Assembly: GCA_963754925.1 (NCBI GenBank) | Contig: CAVWHX010000004.1 | Coordinates: 1,280,001-1,344,000 of the forward strand | DNA length: 64,000 nt | Direction: 5' to 3' | Source: an uncultured delta proteobacterium | GTDB taxonomy: Bacteria; Myxococcota; B64-G9 | Part shown: positions 30,226-40,880 of the stretch, piece after piece | Numbering within the stretch: position 1 is the stretch's first letter | How the letters are laid out: each line of letters starts with the position of its first letter | The notes under the pieces: generated by a model | The model's input: only the letters and a program-made list of their open reading frames with translations | Told to the model about the DNA's origin: nothing | The model's database searches: none | Made by a program: the position numbers and the translations under genes

Positions 30226-31770
30226 ATGATCCCGATGAAGGAACCGATGGTCAGAGAATATACTTTTGGCGTCTTACTGCATCCCCTGAGCATAGCTGGC
30301 CGCTGGGGGAATGGAGTACTGGATACCACGGCGTACGGGTTTATCGACTGGTTGGCCGAAGCCGGAGCGCGCCACTGGCAGGTGCTCCCCCTCGGGCCGA
30401 CCGGCTATGGCGACTCGCCCTACCAGTCGTTGTCAGCATTCGCCGGTAATCCCTATTTGATTGATCCGGAGAAGCTTTTTTCATCCGGTTGGCTTCCGGC
30501 CGAGGAGCCGCCGGCGTTTCCGATCGATCGGATAGACTATGGGGGGATTTACGAATGGCGTTGGCCGTTTTTGCGCCGAGCGTTTACGGGGTTTCTCAAA
30601 CATGCACGGACGGCAGAACGCGAGGAGTTAAAGAATTTTCGCGCCCGTTCAGCGACCTGGATTGAATGCTACGCCTTGTACTCAGCTCTCAAGGAGCACT
30701 TTTTGGGCCAGGCTTGGTTCGACTGGCCCGAGCCGTACCGACGGCGCGATGACAAGGCTCTTCGAGAGGTGCGGAAAGAATTGCAGAAGGCGATCGATTT
30801 TTATGTCTGGACGCAGTGGGTGTTTGCGCGTCAGTGGCAGCAATTGCGCGCGTATGCCAGGAAACGCGCGGTGAGCATCATCGGCGACATGCCGATCTTT
30901 GTGGCCTATGATTCGGCCGATGTCTGGATGCATCCAGAATATTTCTTGCTGGACGAGGGGCTCAAACCAACGGTGGTAGCGGGAGTGCCGCCTGATTATT
31001 TCAGCCAAACTGGTCAGCGTTGGGGCAACCCGCTCTACCGATGGGAACAATTGCAAGCCGAAGGTTTCAGCTGGTGGATCGAGCGCGTCCGAACGATGCT
31101 GACGCTCTGCGATCAGGTACGCATCGATCACTTCCGGGGTTTTGAGGCATGCTGGCAAATTCCAGCCGATCAGCCGACGGCGGTGTACGGCCAATGGGTA
31201 AAGGCTCCGGGCGAGGCGTTGTTGAAAGCTATGCAAACAACCCTCGGCACGCTGCCGATCATTGCTGAGGATCTCGGCATGATTACCCCCGAAGTCGAGG
31301 CGTTGCGTGACCGCTTTGAGCTTCCTGGCATGAAAGTATTGCAGTTTGCCTTCGGTGGGGATCTCAAGAATCCGTTCTTGCCACACAACTATCCCCGCCA
31401 TTGCAACAGCCTGGTTTACACCGGTACTCACGATAACGATACCACGCTTGGCTGGTATCGCAGTTTAGGCGAAAACGAGCGCTCGTTTTTACACGCCTAC
31501 CTCAAACGCTACCATCTTACGATAAAGAAAGATTATGATGCCCCCTGGGTCTTACTCACGCTGGCTCTGAAGAGTCACGCGAAGCAGGCGATCGTGCCGC
31601 TGCAGGATCTCCTTGGGCTGGGAACAGAGTCGCGCATGAATTTCCCCTCTCATATTGAAGGGAACTGGGCTTGGCGATACCAACCAGACGCTCTCGACCC
31701 GAAACTCTCCAAGCGCTTGAAAGAACTTCTTGTCGCCACTCACCGTGCAGGTAAGGACGGAATGAGTTAG
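30226..31770 (+). CDS. malQ: 4-alpha-glucanotransferase (amylomaltase, GH77)
   Basis: WQVLPLGPTGYGDSPY, GVPPDYFS.TGQRWGNP, RIDHFRG, IAEDLG, YTGTHDNDT. Confidence 0.97.
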   Translation: MIPMKEPMVREYTFGVLLHPLSIAGRWGNGVLDTTAYGFIDWLAEAGARHWQVLPLGPTGYGDSPYQSLSAFAGNPYLIDPEKLFSSGWLPAEEPPAFPIDRIDYGGIYEWRWPFLRRAFTGFLKHARTAEREELKNFRARSATWIECYALYSALKEHFLGQAWFDWPEPYRRRDDKALREVRKELQKAIDFYVWTQWVFARQWQQLRAYARKRAVSIIGDMPIFVAYDSADVWMHPEYFLLDEGLKPTVVAGVPPDYFSQTGQRWGNPLYRWEQLQAEGFSWWIERVRTMLTLCDQVRIDHFRGFEACWQIPADQPTAVYGQWVKAPGEALLKAMQTTLGTLPIIAEDLGMITPEVEALRDRFELPGMKVLQFAFGGDLKNPFLPHNYPRHCNSLVYTGTHDNDTTLGWYRSLGENERSFLHAYLKRYHLTIKKDYDAPWVLLTLALKSHAKQAIVPLQDLLGLGTESRMNFPSHIEGNWAWRYQPDALDPKLSKRLKELLVATHRAGKDGMS

Positions 31771-31792
31771 GCAGTCGAACGGAGAAAATACC

Positions 31793-33247
31793 ATGATCCG
31801 TACGAAAGAAGAATACAAAGCCAGTTTGCGTGATGGCAGAGTCGTGTATATTACGGGAGAAAAGGTGGAAGATATCACCGCACACCCTGTTCTTGGGATT
31901 ACCTGTGAAACCGTCGGCGCTGGCTATGACCTTTGCGCCTCGAAGGACCCGGCCATACGGGATCTGTATGTCGCCGCTCACCCTGAAACCGGCGAATCGA
32001 TCAGCCGTTTTTATATTACGCCCCGAACAACGGACGACTTGAAAAACCGGACCAAGATGATCGGACGGTCCATTGAGCTGCTGGGCGATCTGCCTTTCGG
32101 GCGCGATATCGGCACCGACTGTCTCAATGCCGCTTTTGTGGTCGCCGGCAAAATGGGTAACCAGGAATATCAACAAAATGTTGCTCGTTTTCTCGAATAC
32201 CTACGAAAAAACGATCTTTTTACGTGCGGTGCGATAACCTGCGTGAAGGGCGACCGCTCAAAAGAACCCGCCGAACAAAGACACCCCGACTACTATCTCC
32301 ATGTCGTGGATAAGAACAAGGAGGGTATTTTTGTCAAAGGCGCCAAAGCGCACATAACCAACGCGCCCGTAGCGAACGAGATAGTCGTTGTTCCCACCCA
32401 ACAGATGCGTGAAAACAGAGCAGACTACGCCGTCAGCTTCGCGATACCGGCCAACACCAAGGGGATAACCTTTATATGCCGCGGCGGAAGGAGCGCCTGG
32501 ACGGACCATGAATTTCACCCGGACATCCCGGTTAGAACGGTGACGGAAGCAATGATCATCTTTGACCATGTCTTTGTTCCTTGGGATCGGGTTTTTATGT
32601 GCGGTGAATGGCAGTATTCCATGCTGCTGGCCTATACCTTTGCGACGTTTCACCGGTTTACCGCGATCAGTTATAAGATACCCTTGGTAGAGGTTATGGC
32701 GGGATGCGCCGTGGCAATGGCTAAGTACAACGGTTTGGAAAAGGTAAGTCATATTCGCGGGAAACTTGCCGATATCGCCGCCTATGTGGAAACGTTGCGG
32801 GCATTGACCAACGCAGCAGCCCAGGACCCAGTCATGTACGGTGATATCGCGGTGCCGAATCCTCTTATCGCCAATATGGCCAAACTCCATTTCGCCAGCA
32901 AATATCACTCGTTTATCGAGTTGATCCAAGATATCGGCGGCGGCATCATCGGCACGGCACCGGATAAAAAAGATTGGGATAACCCAGACTTACATAACTA
33001 CTTAGAACATTATCTCGGAGGCTCGGACAAATACAGCACCCTGGATCGCATGAAAATGATCCACGAAACCATGCGCCAAACGTGCTCACACGAGTCGGCC
33101 TTCCACGAGATAACCACCGTTCACGCCGAGGGCTCCATGGAAGCCCAAAAGATGATGATTTTGGCCGAGTCCCCCTTGAGCAGATACGAAGAGATGGCCA
33201 AACGCAAAGCCGGGATACTACCCTGGAGCGGAGGGGGCAGGATCTAA
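31793..33247 (+). CDS. HpaB / 4-hydroxybutyryl-CoA dehydratase superfamily flavoprotein
   Basis: EEYKASLRDGRVVYI.GE, GAITCVKGDRS, VKGAKAHIT, FDHVFVPWDRVF, HAEGSMEAQK. Confidence 0.85.
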   Translation: MIRTKEEYKASLRDGRVVYITGEKVEDITAHPVLGITCETVGAGYDLCASKDPAIRDLYVAAHPETGESISRFYITPRTTDDLKNRTKMIGRSIELLGDLPFGRDIGTDCLNAAFVVAGKMGNQEYQQNVARFLEYLRKNDLFTCGAITCVKGDRSKEPAEQRHPDYYLHVVDKNKEGIFVKGAKAHITNAPVANEIVVVPTQQMRENRADYAVSFAIPANTKGITFICRGGRSAWTDHEFHPDIPVRTVTEAMIIFDHVFVPWDRVFMCGEWQYSMLLAYTFATFHRFTAISYKIPLVEVMAGCAVAMAKYNGLEKVSHIRGKLADIAAYVETLRALTNAAAQDPVMYGDIAVPNPLIANMAKLHFASKYHSFIELIQDIGGGIIGTAPDKKDWDNPDLHNYLEHYLGGSDKYSTLDRMKMIHETMRQTCSHESAFHEITTVHAEGSMEAQKMMILAESPLSRYEEMAKRKAGILPWSGGGRI

Positions 33248-33441
33248 CCGGACGTACCTCTCCATCGAAACTGAAAATCAAACTCGCCTAAACTTCATCT
33301 CCCACCCCATAGGTGAATTCATCAAAGGTTTGGTTTGAGTTTTCAAGAAGTGCTTTTGCGGATTCTATCCGCGTGCGTTGGAGATACAGCAGTGGGGTGA
33401 TTTAGGTCGGCACCTGCAGGTTTCTTCAGACGCTCAATCGG

Positions 33442-34104
33442 CTAGTACAATCCAGCGCGCAGAGCTGCAATCAAGCCGGTCGGGTCTGAAATATACATTG
33501 AATGAACCGCGTCGTCAGCAACAATGGGGCGATAGAGCGTCAGCCCGGTGCTGGGAAGCCCCGTCAAATAGGTGTAAAGATCGTCCTGGTCAACCGCCGG
33601 AGCAAGAACGTCCTCGCTGAACGAGAGGACCATCAGGAGCGTGCCATTTTTCAAGGCGAAGGCATTTTGCCGGACCGCCGGTCGGCAGAGCCCAGTGCTC
33701 GTCAGACTGTCTGGCGAGCCTTTGCAGTAAGTGCCCGTCATTTCAAGAATGGCGGTGAGCGGCTCAATACCGATCCAATCGTTGGCGACGCAGGTTTGCG
33801 CGCTCGGGGCGTTGGGGACGAGAGTGCCAGTTGCGAGTGAGGTGAAACCACCGATGGCATTGCAGCCGGCAGCGGGAATGTCGAGAATCATACCGAGCAC
33901 CGGGTCAGCGACAATGTACGGCGTCATGTCCCCCGACGGATACCGCGTCCAGACCGTTCCTCGGCACGGCACGGAAGCGATCAAAATCGCGGTGTACACA
34001 CTGTGCGCCGCTAGGCTCGAACCGTGCGCCAGCAGTAATTCCTGAGCAGTTTGTATGGCAAGGCCGCCCATGCTGTGACCCATAATCACCTGGGGGCCGA
34101 GGCC
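33442..34104 (-). pseudogene. 5'-truncated alpha/beta hydrolase
   Basis: Reading frame begins almost at the nucleophile elbow GHSMGG, with an in-frame stop about 28 codons upstream; Asp (FSED) and His (AVHSM) candidates retained. Confidence 0.6.
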
Positions 34105-34441
34105 GCCTCGTATACCTGAAAAATTATGGACAACTACATTATAGATGAATTTTTTACATCATACGGGATCGCTCGTCAAGCATTTTCAAACAATAATGTG
34201 ATAACCGATTTCAACCGATGCGCCGCGTCGGCCACAGCCACTACGACGAAAACGGGATCGTGACCATACTCGAAAACATATGTGGTTAATTATTTGATAA
34301 TATAGTGGATGTTTGTGTAAAGGCCATATACCTATTCGTCAAAAAGGAAACGGACGGCAACCGAGTAGGATATGTTTCTAACCACATAACAAACTCTTAC
34401 AAATATTGTGCTAAGGGACACTCCGTGATAGTATAGACAAT

Positions 34442-35986
34442 GTGGCGGATACGAGTGGCAGAATCAACGTGCCTCGGGTACTGCTGATAAGTGCTAATCC
34501 AAAGGTGCAAGCCCACCTTCTTGATTGTCTTAAGGGCTCGCCTTACCGTCTGACGACCCTCCAAAAATGGCAGGACGGCCTCGAAGTAGCCCACGTAGGT
34601 CATTACCGCGTGATTGTACTCGACCTTTCAGCGGACGGCACCGAGGCGTTGGATCTTTACCTGAAACTGCGCGCAGATGTGGTCACCGCACATCTCCTGA
34701 TAGTTGGGTTGGGGAGGGAAGGAGACAAGGAGCAGGAGCTCTCGGCGTTGAATGCCGGGTTTGATAACTTTCTTGCCTGGTCCGCGGCCGCAGATAAGAT
34801 TCTGGCTAGTTTTGATACTCGCCTGCGGGATCAGGGGGCGAGAAGCACTCTGCCGCAGGTAGACGAGCGGCGAGAGGAAGGACAACCGGTCGGCGCGAGC
34901 GAGCCATTACCGAACACTGGGGTACAGAAGCGTCTTGAGGCGTTACGCCCGTACCAGGCTTTTTTTGAAAGCGCTCCCGACGGATTTATTATTGCCGATC
35001 GACGCGGTGAAGTGTTGTTTGTCAACCTGAGTGGCGCGCGCATGTTTGGACTGCGGCCGGAGGAGTTAATCTACCACAAGTTGCCGGACGTGGTCGATGC
35101 GGAAGCGGCGAAAACCTTGCGGCAGGCTCTCACTGAGGCCGGTCGAGAGGGAGCGCGCACGGACTTCGATTTGCGGTTGCTGCGTCCAGACGGGAATGAG
35201 GCGGTGCTCTCGATCCACACCGGTGTTCCGCCGATCGATCGAGAGCTCGTGCTTTTCTCATCGCGCGAGGTCACCGAAGAACGCCGCATCGCACATGAGC
35301 ACCGGCGCACGAAGCAGTTCTTTGAGAGCCTTATTGACTCGTCGGCCGATGCGATTATTTCGGCTGATTTACGTGGTACGATTATATTGTTTAATAAAGG
35401 GGCGGAGCGTATTCTCGGGTATCAAGCGAGCGAAGTGGTTGGCAAAATGCACATTGCGCGTATCTATCCTCCTAATGGTGCGCATGAGGTTATGGACCTG
35501 CTGCGTCAACACCGCGATAACGGCGTTGGCCGAGTCACGGCGTCGCGGCGGGAGGTGTTGACGAAAAGCGGGGAGGTGGTGCCGATATTAATGACCGCCT
35601 GGTGTGTGCTTGAGGACGGTAAAGAGGTGGCCACTGCCGGGATCTTTACCGATTTGCGTGAGCGCCTGCGCATGGAGCGAAAGCTTAGTCAGGCCCAAGA
35701 AAAGTTGGTGGTCACCGAGAAACAGGCGATGATAGCCGAGTTAGCTGGTGCCACTGCCCATGAGCTCAACCAACCGCTTACGTCGGTGCTTGGTTATGCA
35801 GAGCTGGCTAAACGTAAGTTGAGTAATTTTCCGGAGGTGCAGCACATTCTTGATGTAATTCTCTCTGAGACGGAACGCATAGCGGCGATCGTGCGTAAGC
35901 TCGGTGGGCTTACGCGTTACGAGACTAAATCGTATGTCGGGGAACAACGAATCGTGGATCTCGATCGTTCGTCCGATCCAAAATGA
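34442..35986 (+). CDS. REC-PAS-PAS-HisKA signalling protein lacking the HATPase domain
   Basis: Atypical receiver, two PAS domains (FESAPDGFII; IDSSADAII..FNKGAERILGY), H-box AHELNQPL, stop about 75 aa later with no N/G boxes. Confidence 0.85.
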   Translation: MADTSGRINVPRVLLISANPKVQAHLLDCLKGSPYRLTTLQKWQDGLEVAHVGHYRVIVLDLSADGTEALDLYLKLRADVVTAHLLIVGLGREGDKEQELSALNAGFDNFLAWSAAADKILASFDTRLRDQGARSTLPQVDERREEGQPVGASEPLPNTGVQKRLEALRPYQAFFESAPDGFIIADRRGEVLFVNLSGARMFGLRPEELIYHKLPDVVDAEAAKTLRQALTEAGREGARTDFDLRLLRPDGNEAVLSIHTGVPPIDRELVLFSSREVTEERRIAHEHRRTKQFFESLIDSSADAIISADLRGTIILFNKGAERILGYQASEVVGKMHIARIYPPNGAHEVMDLLRQHRDNGVGRVTASRREVLTKSGEVVPILMTAWCVLEDGKEVATAGIFTDLRERLRMERKLSQAQEKLVVTEKQAMIAELAGATAHELNQPLTSVLGYAELAKRKLSNFPEVQHILDVILSETERIAAIVRKLGGLTRYETKSYVGEQRIVDLDRSSDPK

Positions 35987-36074
35987 TGGCACATGCAGCA
36001 CCATTAATGCGATACGTCATAGAACGCCAGGGGACAGCTGGTGGCGTAGGATCACCGGCAGCGCTGGATGGTGA

Positions 36075-37759
36075 GTGGTGATGGCGAAGGAACGCGAACC
36101 AATAGCGGAAGAAAACCAGCAGCTACGCGATGTCCTGTCGCAGCTCAAGCAGGCTCGGCTCGTACAACAAGTGTTTGTCGGATTGGGCAAGGAACTGAGT
36201 CTGGGCACGACGCAGGAGTATCTCAAGCTGGTGGTTGGCACCCTGCAGGCGCTGTTTGGCGAAGCATACTTTCTGGTTCAACTGGCTGATCCCAAGACCT
36301 TAGTGCCAAACGCAGTGGAATACCGCGGCCCCTTGAAGCCGGGTGCGGCCGAGAAATTGCACCTTACCGTTGCGGCCATCCGCAAGACGGGTTTGGATCC
36401 GAGTCTCGAACAATCGCCGGCGCTGTCGGTAAGTGATCGTGCGCCAGCGCTTTTTTCAGGATCCCGCAATGCGCTGCATGTCCCGTTAGTCTCAGATAAT
36501 CAGCTCTTCGGGGCCATCCAAATCGAGAGCACTTCAGCCGTTCCGTTGGGTGATGACGACGAGGTGTTGCTCATTTCCTTGGCAAACCAAGCCGCTTTGG
36601 CCTTGCGCAACCAGCGCCTCTTCGGGGAGACCTCTTTCTTAAAGAATTATCTCGAGAAGATCCTTAACCATGCCAATGCGTTGATCGTGGTAACCAACCT
36701 CAACCGCCAAATACTCATTTTCAATCAGGCGATGGAGCGCCTGCTCGGGTTCCAGAAACAGCAGACCATTGGCACCGATTTATTCCTGTGGGTGCCCAAG
36801 GAGTCGCACCCAGCATTTGTCGAAGAAATCTCAAACGCCATCACCGGCAACCCATCGCCACGCGGGGTTGAGGCGCGCATGCGCAATCGCGACGGGGAAC
36901 AGGTTCAGATTCTCTTTCACCTTTCGGCCCTGCGGGATCAGCGGGATGAGTCTGACAGCCTGATATTAATTGGCCAGGACATAACCCAGTTACGGACCTT
37001 AGAGCGACAGGTTATGGAGTCCGAAAAGATGGCGTCGCTGGGCGAACTGGCGGCCGGCGTCGTCCATGAGTTGAACAATCCGCTCACGTCGATCTCTATC
37101 TATGCCGAATACCTCGCCGGGAAAATGAAATCAGGAAGGGTTGAGCCCTCAGATATAGACAAGGTTGATAAGATCATCGAGGGCGCCAACCGTATCCAAA
37201 AGCTAACCCGCGACCTTGTTTCATATGGCCGGCCCTCGTCCGAGGAGCCGGAGTCGCTGCAAATCAATGATGTGGTGGCCCAGGGGCTATCCTTTTGTGA
37301 GCACATCATCCGTCGCTACGACGTGGTTGTACACCAAGACCTGTCAGTCGATCTACCACTGTTGTTTGGCAACCGCCATCAATTGGTGCAAGTGGTTATT
37401 AACTGGTGACCAATGCGTGCCAGGCGATGGAGGGCGGCGGCCAGCTTACCATTACCACCCGCCCGTGTGAGCAGGAACGACTGCTCTTGTCGGTTGCGGA
37501 CACCGGCATCGGCATCCCGACGCGAAACCTCACGCGTATTTTTGAACCGTTCTTTACCACCAAGGGGGCTGGTCAGGGCACGGGGTTGGGGTTGAGCATC
37601 GTGGCGCGCATCGTCGAGTACCACCGCGGTGAGATCCAGGTTTACAGCTCTCCGGGGGCGGGCAGTACCATTGATATCCGCCTGCCGCTTAAAGGACCTC
37701 GGTCAGGCGAGCGGTTGACTCGAATTGAGCTTGCTCCCAATCATACCAGAGAAGTATAG
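36075..37759 (+). CDS. GAF-PAS sensor histidine kinase, split by a missing base at about 37403
   Basis: H-box VHELNNPL; 'QVVIN(L)VTNA' N-box restored by adding one C; DTGIGI, FEPFFTTK, GTGLGL in the second frame. Confidence 0.9.
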
Positions 37760-37875
37760 TACCAAGTCAGCTCAACCCGAAAAATGCAGTCGCATTTTTC
37801 GAAGCGCCGTAACCATGCCGTTACGGGAGAGCTCTGGGTAGTGGTCGAACGACACGCGGTAGCCAAGCCGCATAG

Positions 37876-37919
37876 GACAAGAGCTTGTACGCCTCGCATC
37901 GCTCGGCTACAAGCTCTAG
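37876..37919 (+). repeat. Hairpin repeat family copy F
   Basis: AGAGCTTGTA-cgcctcgcatcgctcggc-TACAAGCTCT, flanked by direct repeat AGCCGCATAG. Confidence 0.75.
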
Positions 37920-37937
37920 CCGCATAGCAGAAAGCGG

Positions 37938-40693
37938 ATGCGCATCGGCAAAGACAGTTTACGCAACCTAGGGCACTCGGTCGGTGAGCGGTATCGCCAT
38001 ACCCTCCTCGGGCGATTCTTGTTGGCGTTCCTCGTGCTGGCCATTGTGCCGCTTGGGTTGGTCGGGGCGCTGGTCGCCGAACAACTGCAACTCGTGTACG
38101 ATCAAGCGGAGCGTACCAGTTCAGTCTATGAGCGCCGCGCGGCAATTATTGCTTCCAAGGTAAGCAACCTCCTCTATGATTGCGAGGCTGACTTAAAGGA
38201 GCTGGCCGAGATACCCCGTACCGATCAGGCCTATGCGGCCTTTGCCAACAGCCACAAGAGCCAGGTATGGATTCGCGCCGGCACGAACGATGCTATCGGC
38301 GAGGAGCGACTCGACGCACTCTTGTATAAAGAGGTGAGCTTCATCGACCCCACCGGTCAGGAACAGGTCGTCGTATCGCTCGGACGGGCTCTACCGGCCG
38401 AACAACGCCGGAATGTTTCCCGATCCGCGTCGGACCACCTATCGCTCCGAAACTTATTTTCAAGAGGCGAACGCGTTGCCCGCCGGTCAGATCTACGTCT
38501 CGCACCTGACCGGATTTCATGTCAATCGCATCGAACAGCTCGGCGTTGAGAAAATTATCCCGCGCTTGAGGCATCAAGACCCGCGCGACAAGCTTATCTA
38601 TCGATATATGTTGTACGAACTGCTGCGGGCGGCGGGAGAGGTTGAATATGTCAACTCATTCTCGGAAGAAGACCACACCATGCTCGTATATCGTGTGCCC
38701 GGTGATGCATCACGCATCCTGGTTGAGTCTCCGGGATCGGTGACGCCCGAGGAGCTGCGCATTCGGCAGTTGGAGCTTGCCGATCTGCTGAACCAACTCG
38801 CCCCTGAGGACGTGGTCGAGGGAGCGCGCTACGATGGCGTGATTCGCTTTGCTATGCCGATTATTGGTGTCGATGGCAGCAGGCTCGGCGTGGTGATGAT
38901 TGCCCTCGACCATATGCACCTGATGCAGATTTCCCAGCACGTCAAAGCCATGGAAGAGAATGCAACGGTATTTGCAGGCTACCGTGACGCAGACTACACC
39001 TACCTGTTTGACGATGAGGGCTGGGTTATCACCCACCCGCAGCTTTGGAAGATCCGCGGGGTTAGCCGACGCGGGAAGCCGCTTCAAGAATATAACGAGA
39101 AAACCACTAAAAGCGAATACGAGGTCGGTCACACGCCGGTCAACCTGCTGCAACTAGACTGGAAGCTTGGCGCTGGCTACCACTCGGTCGTCATTGAAAC
39201 CCGCGCGGGAAAGACCGGGCTCGCCACCAGCAATAACCTCGCCGGCGTGCTCAGCACTCGGGTGTATAGCCCGATCTTTTATAGCACCGGCGCCTATGCA
39301 AAGTACGGCATCTTTGGCGGCGTGATGATGGGCACGCGGGTGGATAAATTCATCGAGCTCATGCGTTCCACGAGCGAACAGATCGGAGAACGGGCCGGGC
39401 AGGTGCGCACCTGGGTTATTATCTCATTCTTATGCATATTGTTGATTGTTTCATTGTTATCCGTCCTCTTGGCGCGCCGATTGGTCAATCCGATCCGTAG
39501 GCTGAGCGCAATCGCCACAAAAATTGGATCCGGCGAACTCGATACCCCCGTTCCGTCATTGGGAAGAGATGAGGTCGGTGAGTTGGCTCACTCATTTGAG
39601 GAGATGACCTTAAGTCTCAAGGCCACCATTCAGGAACTCAAACAACGCAATCTTGAACTGAAAGAAGCTCAAAATATGCTTTTGATGGCCGAGAAAGAAA
39701 AACGCCATAAGCTGCAACAAGAGTTAGCCGAGCTCCAGCAAGAAATTGCTCGATCATCGTTCGCGAATATGGTGTCGGTCAGCCCGCAGATGGATAAGAT
39801 TCGTGAGGAGATCGTGCGCGTCTCCAAATCATCGGCCACCGTGCTCATCATAGGGGAGAACGGCACCGGCAAAGAGTTGGTGGCCGAGGCCATTCACCGC
39901 AACAGCCCGCGCCGCGACAAAAAGTTCGTGCGCATCAACTGCTCGGCGTTCAACGACAACTTGCTTGAAAGCGAGCTCTTTGGCCACGTAAAAGGTTCGT
40001 TCACCGGCGCGAGCGGCAATCGCCAGGGTTTGTTTGAATCAGCCAATGGCGGAACGTTGTTGCTTGACGAAGTTGGCGATATGAGCCTTGAGATGCAAAA
40101 GCGCCTCCTGCGCACGCTCCAAGAAGGCGAGGTGGTGCCCCTAGGAAGCAACCAGGTTATCACGGTGGACGTGCGTATTCTGGCGGCGACGAACAAAGAT
40201 CTGCCCAAACAAATTCGCGAGGGGCAGTTTCCGGGAAGATTTATTCCATCGTCTCAACGTGATCCAGATTCGCGTGCCTCCGCTTAGAGAGCGGCCTGAA
40301 GATATCCTGCCGCTCGCAAACTACTTCTTGCAGAAATTTTGTGAGGAGGACAAGCAACCTTTGATGTCCCTGGATGCCCAAGCTGAGCAGTTCCTCGTGG
40401 ACTATCGCTGGCCGGGGAATGTTCGCGAGCTTCGAAATGCCATCGAGCGGGCGGTTATTCGTAGCCGCGGCGAGGTGTTGCGATTGGACGATTTCCAATT
40501 AGCTATAGACGAGAATACGGTCCCCAGCGAAGTGAGCGGAGTCGAGACCTTAACTCTCGAACAAATTGAAAAGAATTACATTCTAAGTGTCCTGGAAAAA
40601 AATGGCGGCAACAAAAAACTCACCGCAGAGCAGTTGGGAATCGGCTATAACACCTTATGGAGAAAACTAAAACATTATGGCAAAGACCTCTGA
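37938..40693 (+). CDS. Membrane-anchored sigma54-dependent activator (TM-extracytoplasmic sensor-TM-HAMP-AAA+-HTH), two single-base breaks (about 38420 and 40230)
   Basis: TM1 LLAFLVLAIVPL; TM2; HAMP 'PIRRL..G.L..RDEVGELA'; GENGTGKE, ESELFGHVKGSFTGA, LDEVGDM, F(R)EDLFHRLNV, WPGNVREL; Fis-type HTH. About 917 aa when repaired. Confidence 0.88.
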
Positions 40694-40822
40694 CCGGTAA
40701 TAATCTTCCTATTGAGAAATCTGATTTCAGTTTTTATCATAATGGAATTAAGGACTATTCCATTTTGGGTAGGGCATTGAAATAGCCACCGAAAATACAA
40801 AGACATTTTTCATCGAGCGGCA

Positions 40823-40838
40823 TGGTATGCATCTTGCT
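40823..40838 (+). promoter_or_regulatory. sigma54 (-24/-12) promoter
   Basis: TGGTATGCATCTTGCT = GG-N10-GC, ending about 42 nt before the next start codon. Confidence 0.75.
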
Positions 40839-40880
40839 GTTACGAAGCAATAGGATGGTGATGGGAACCATAAGGAGGTT

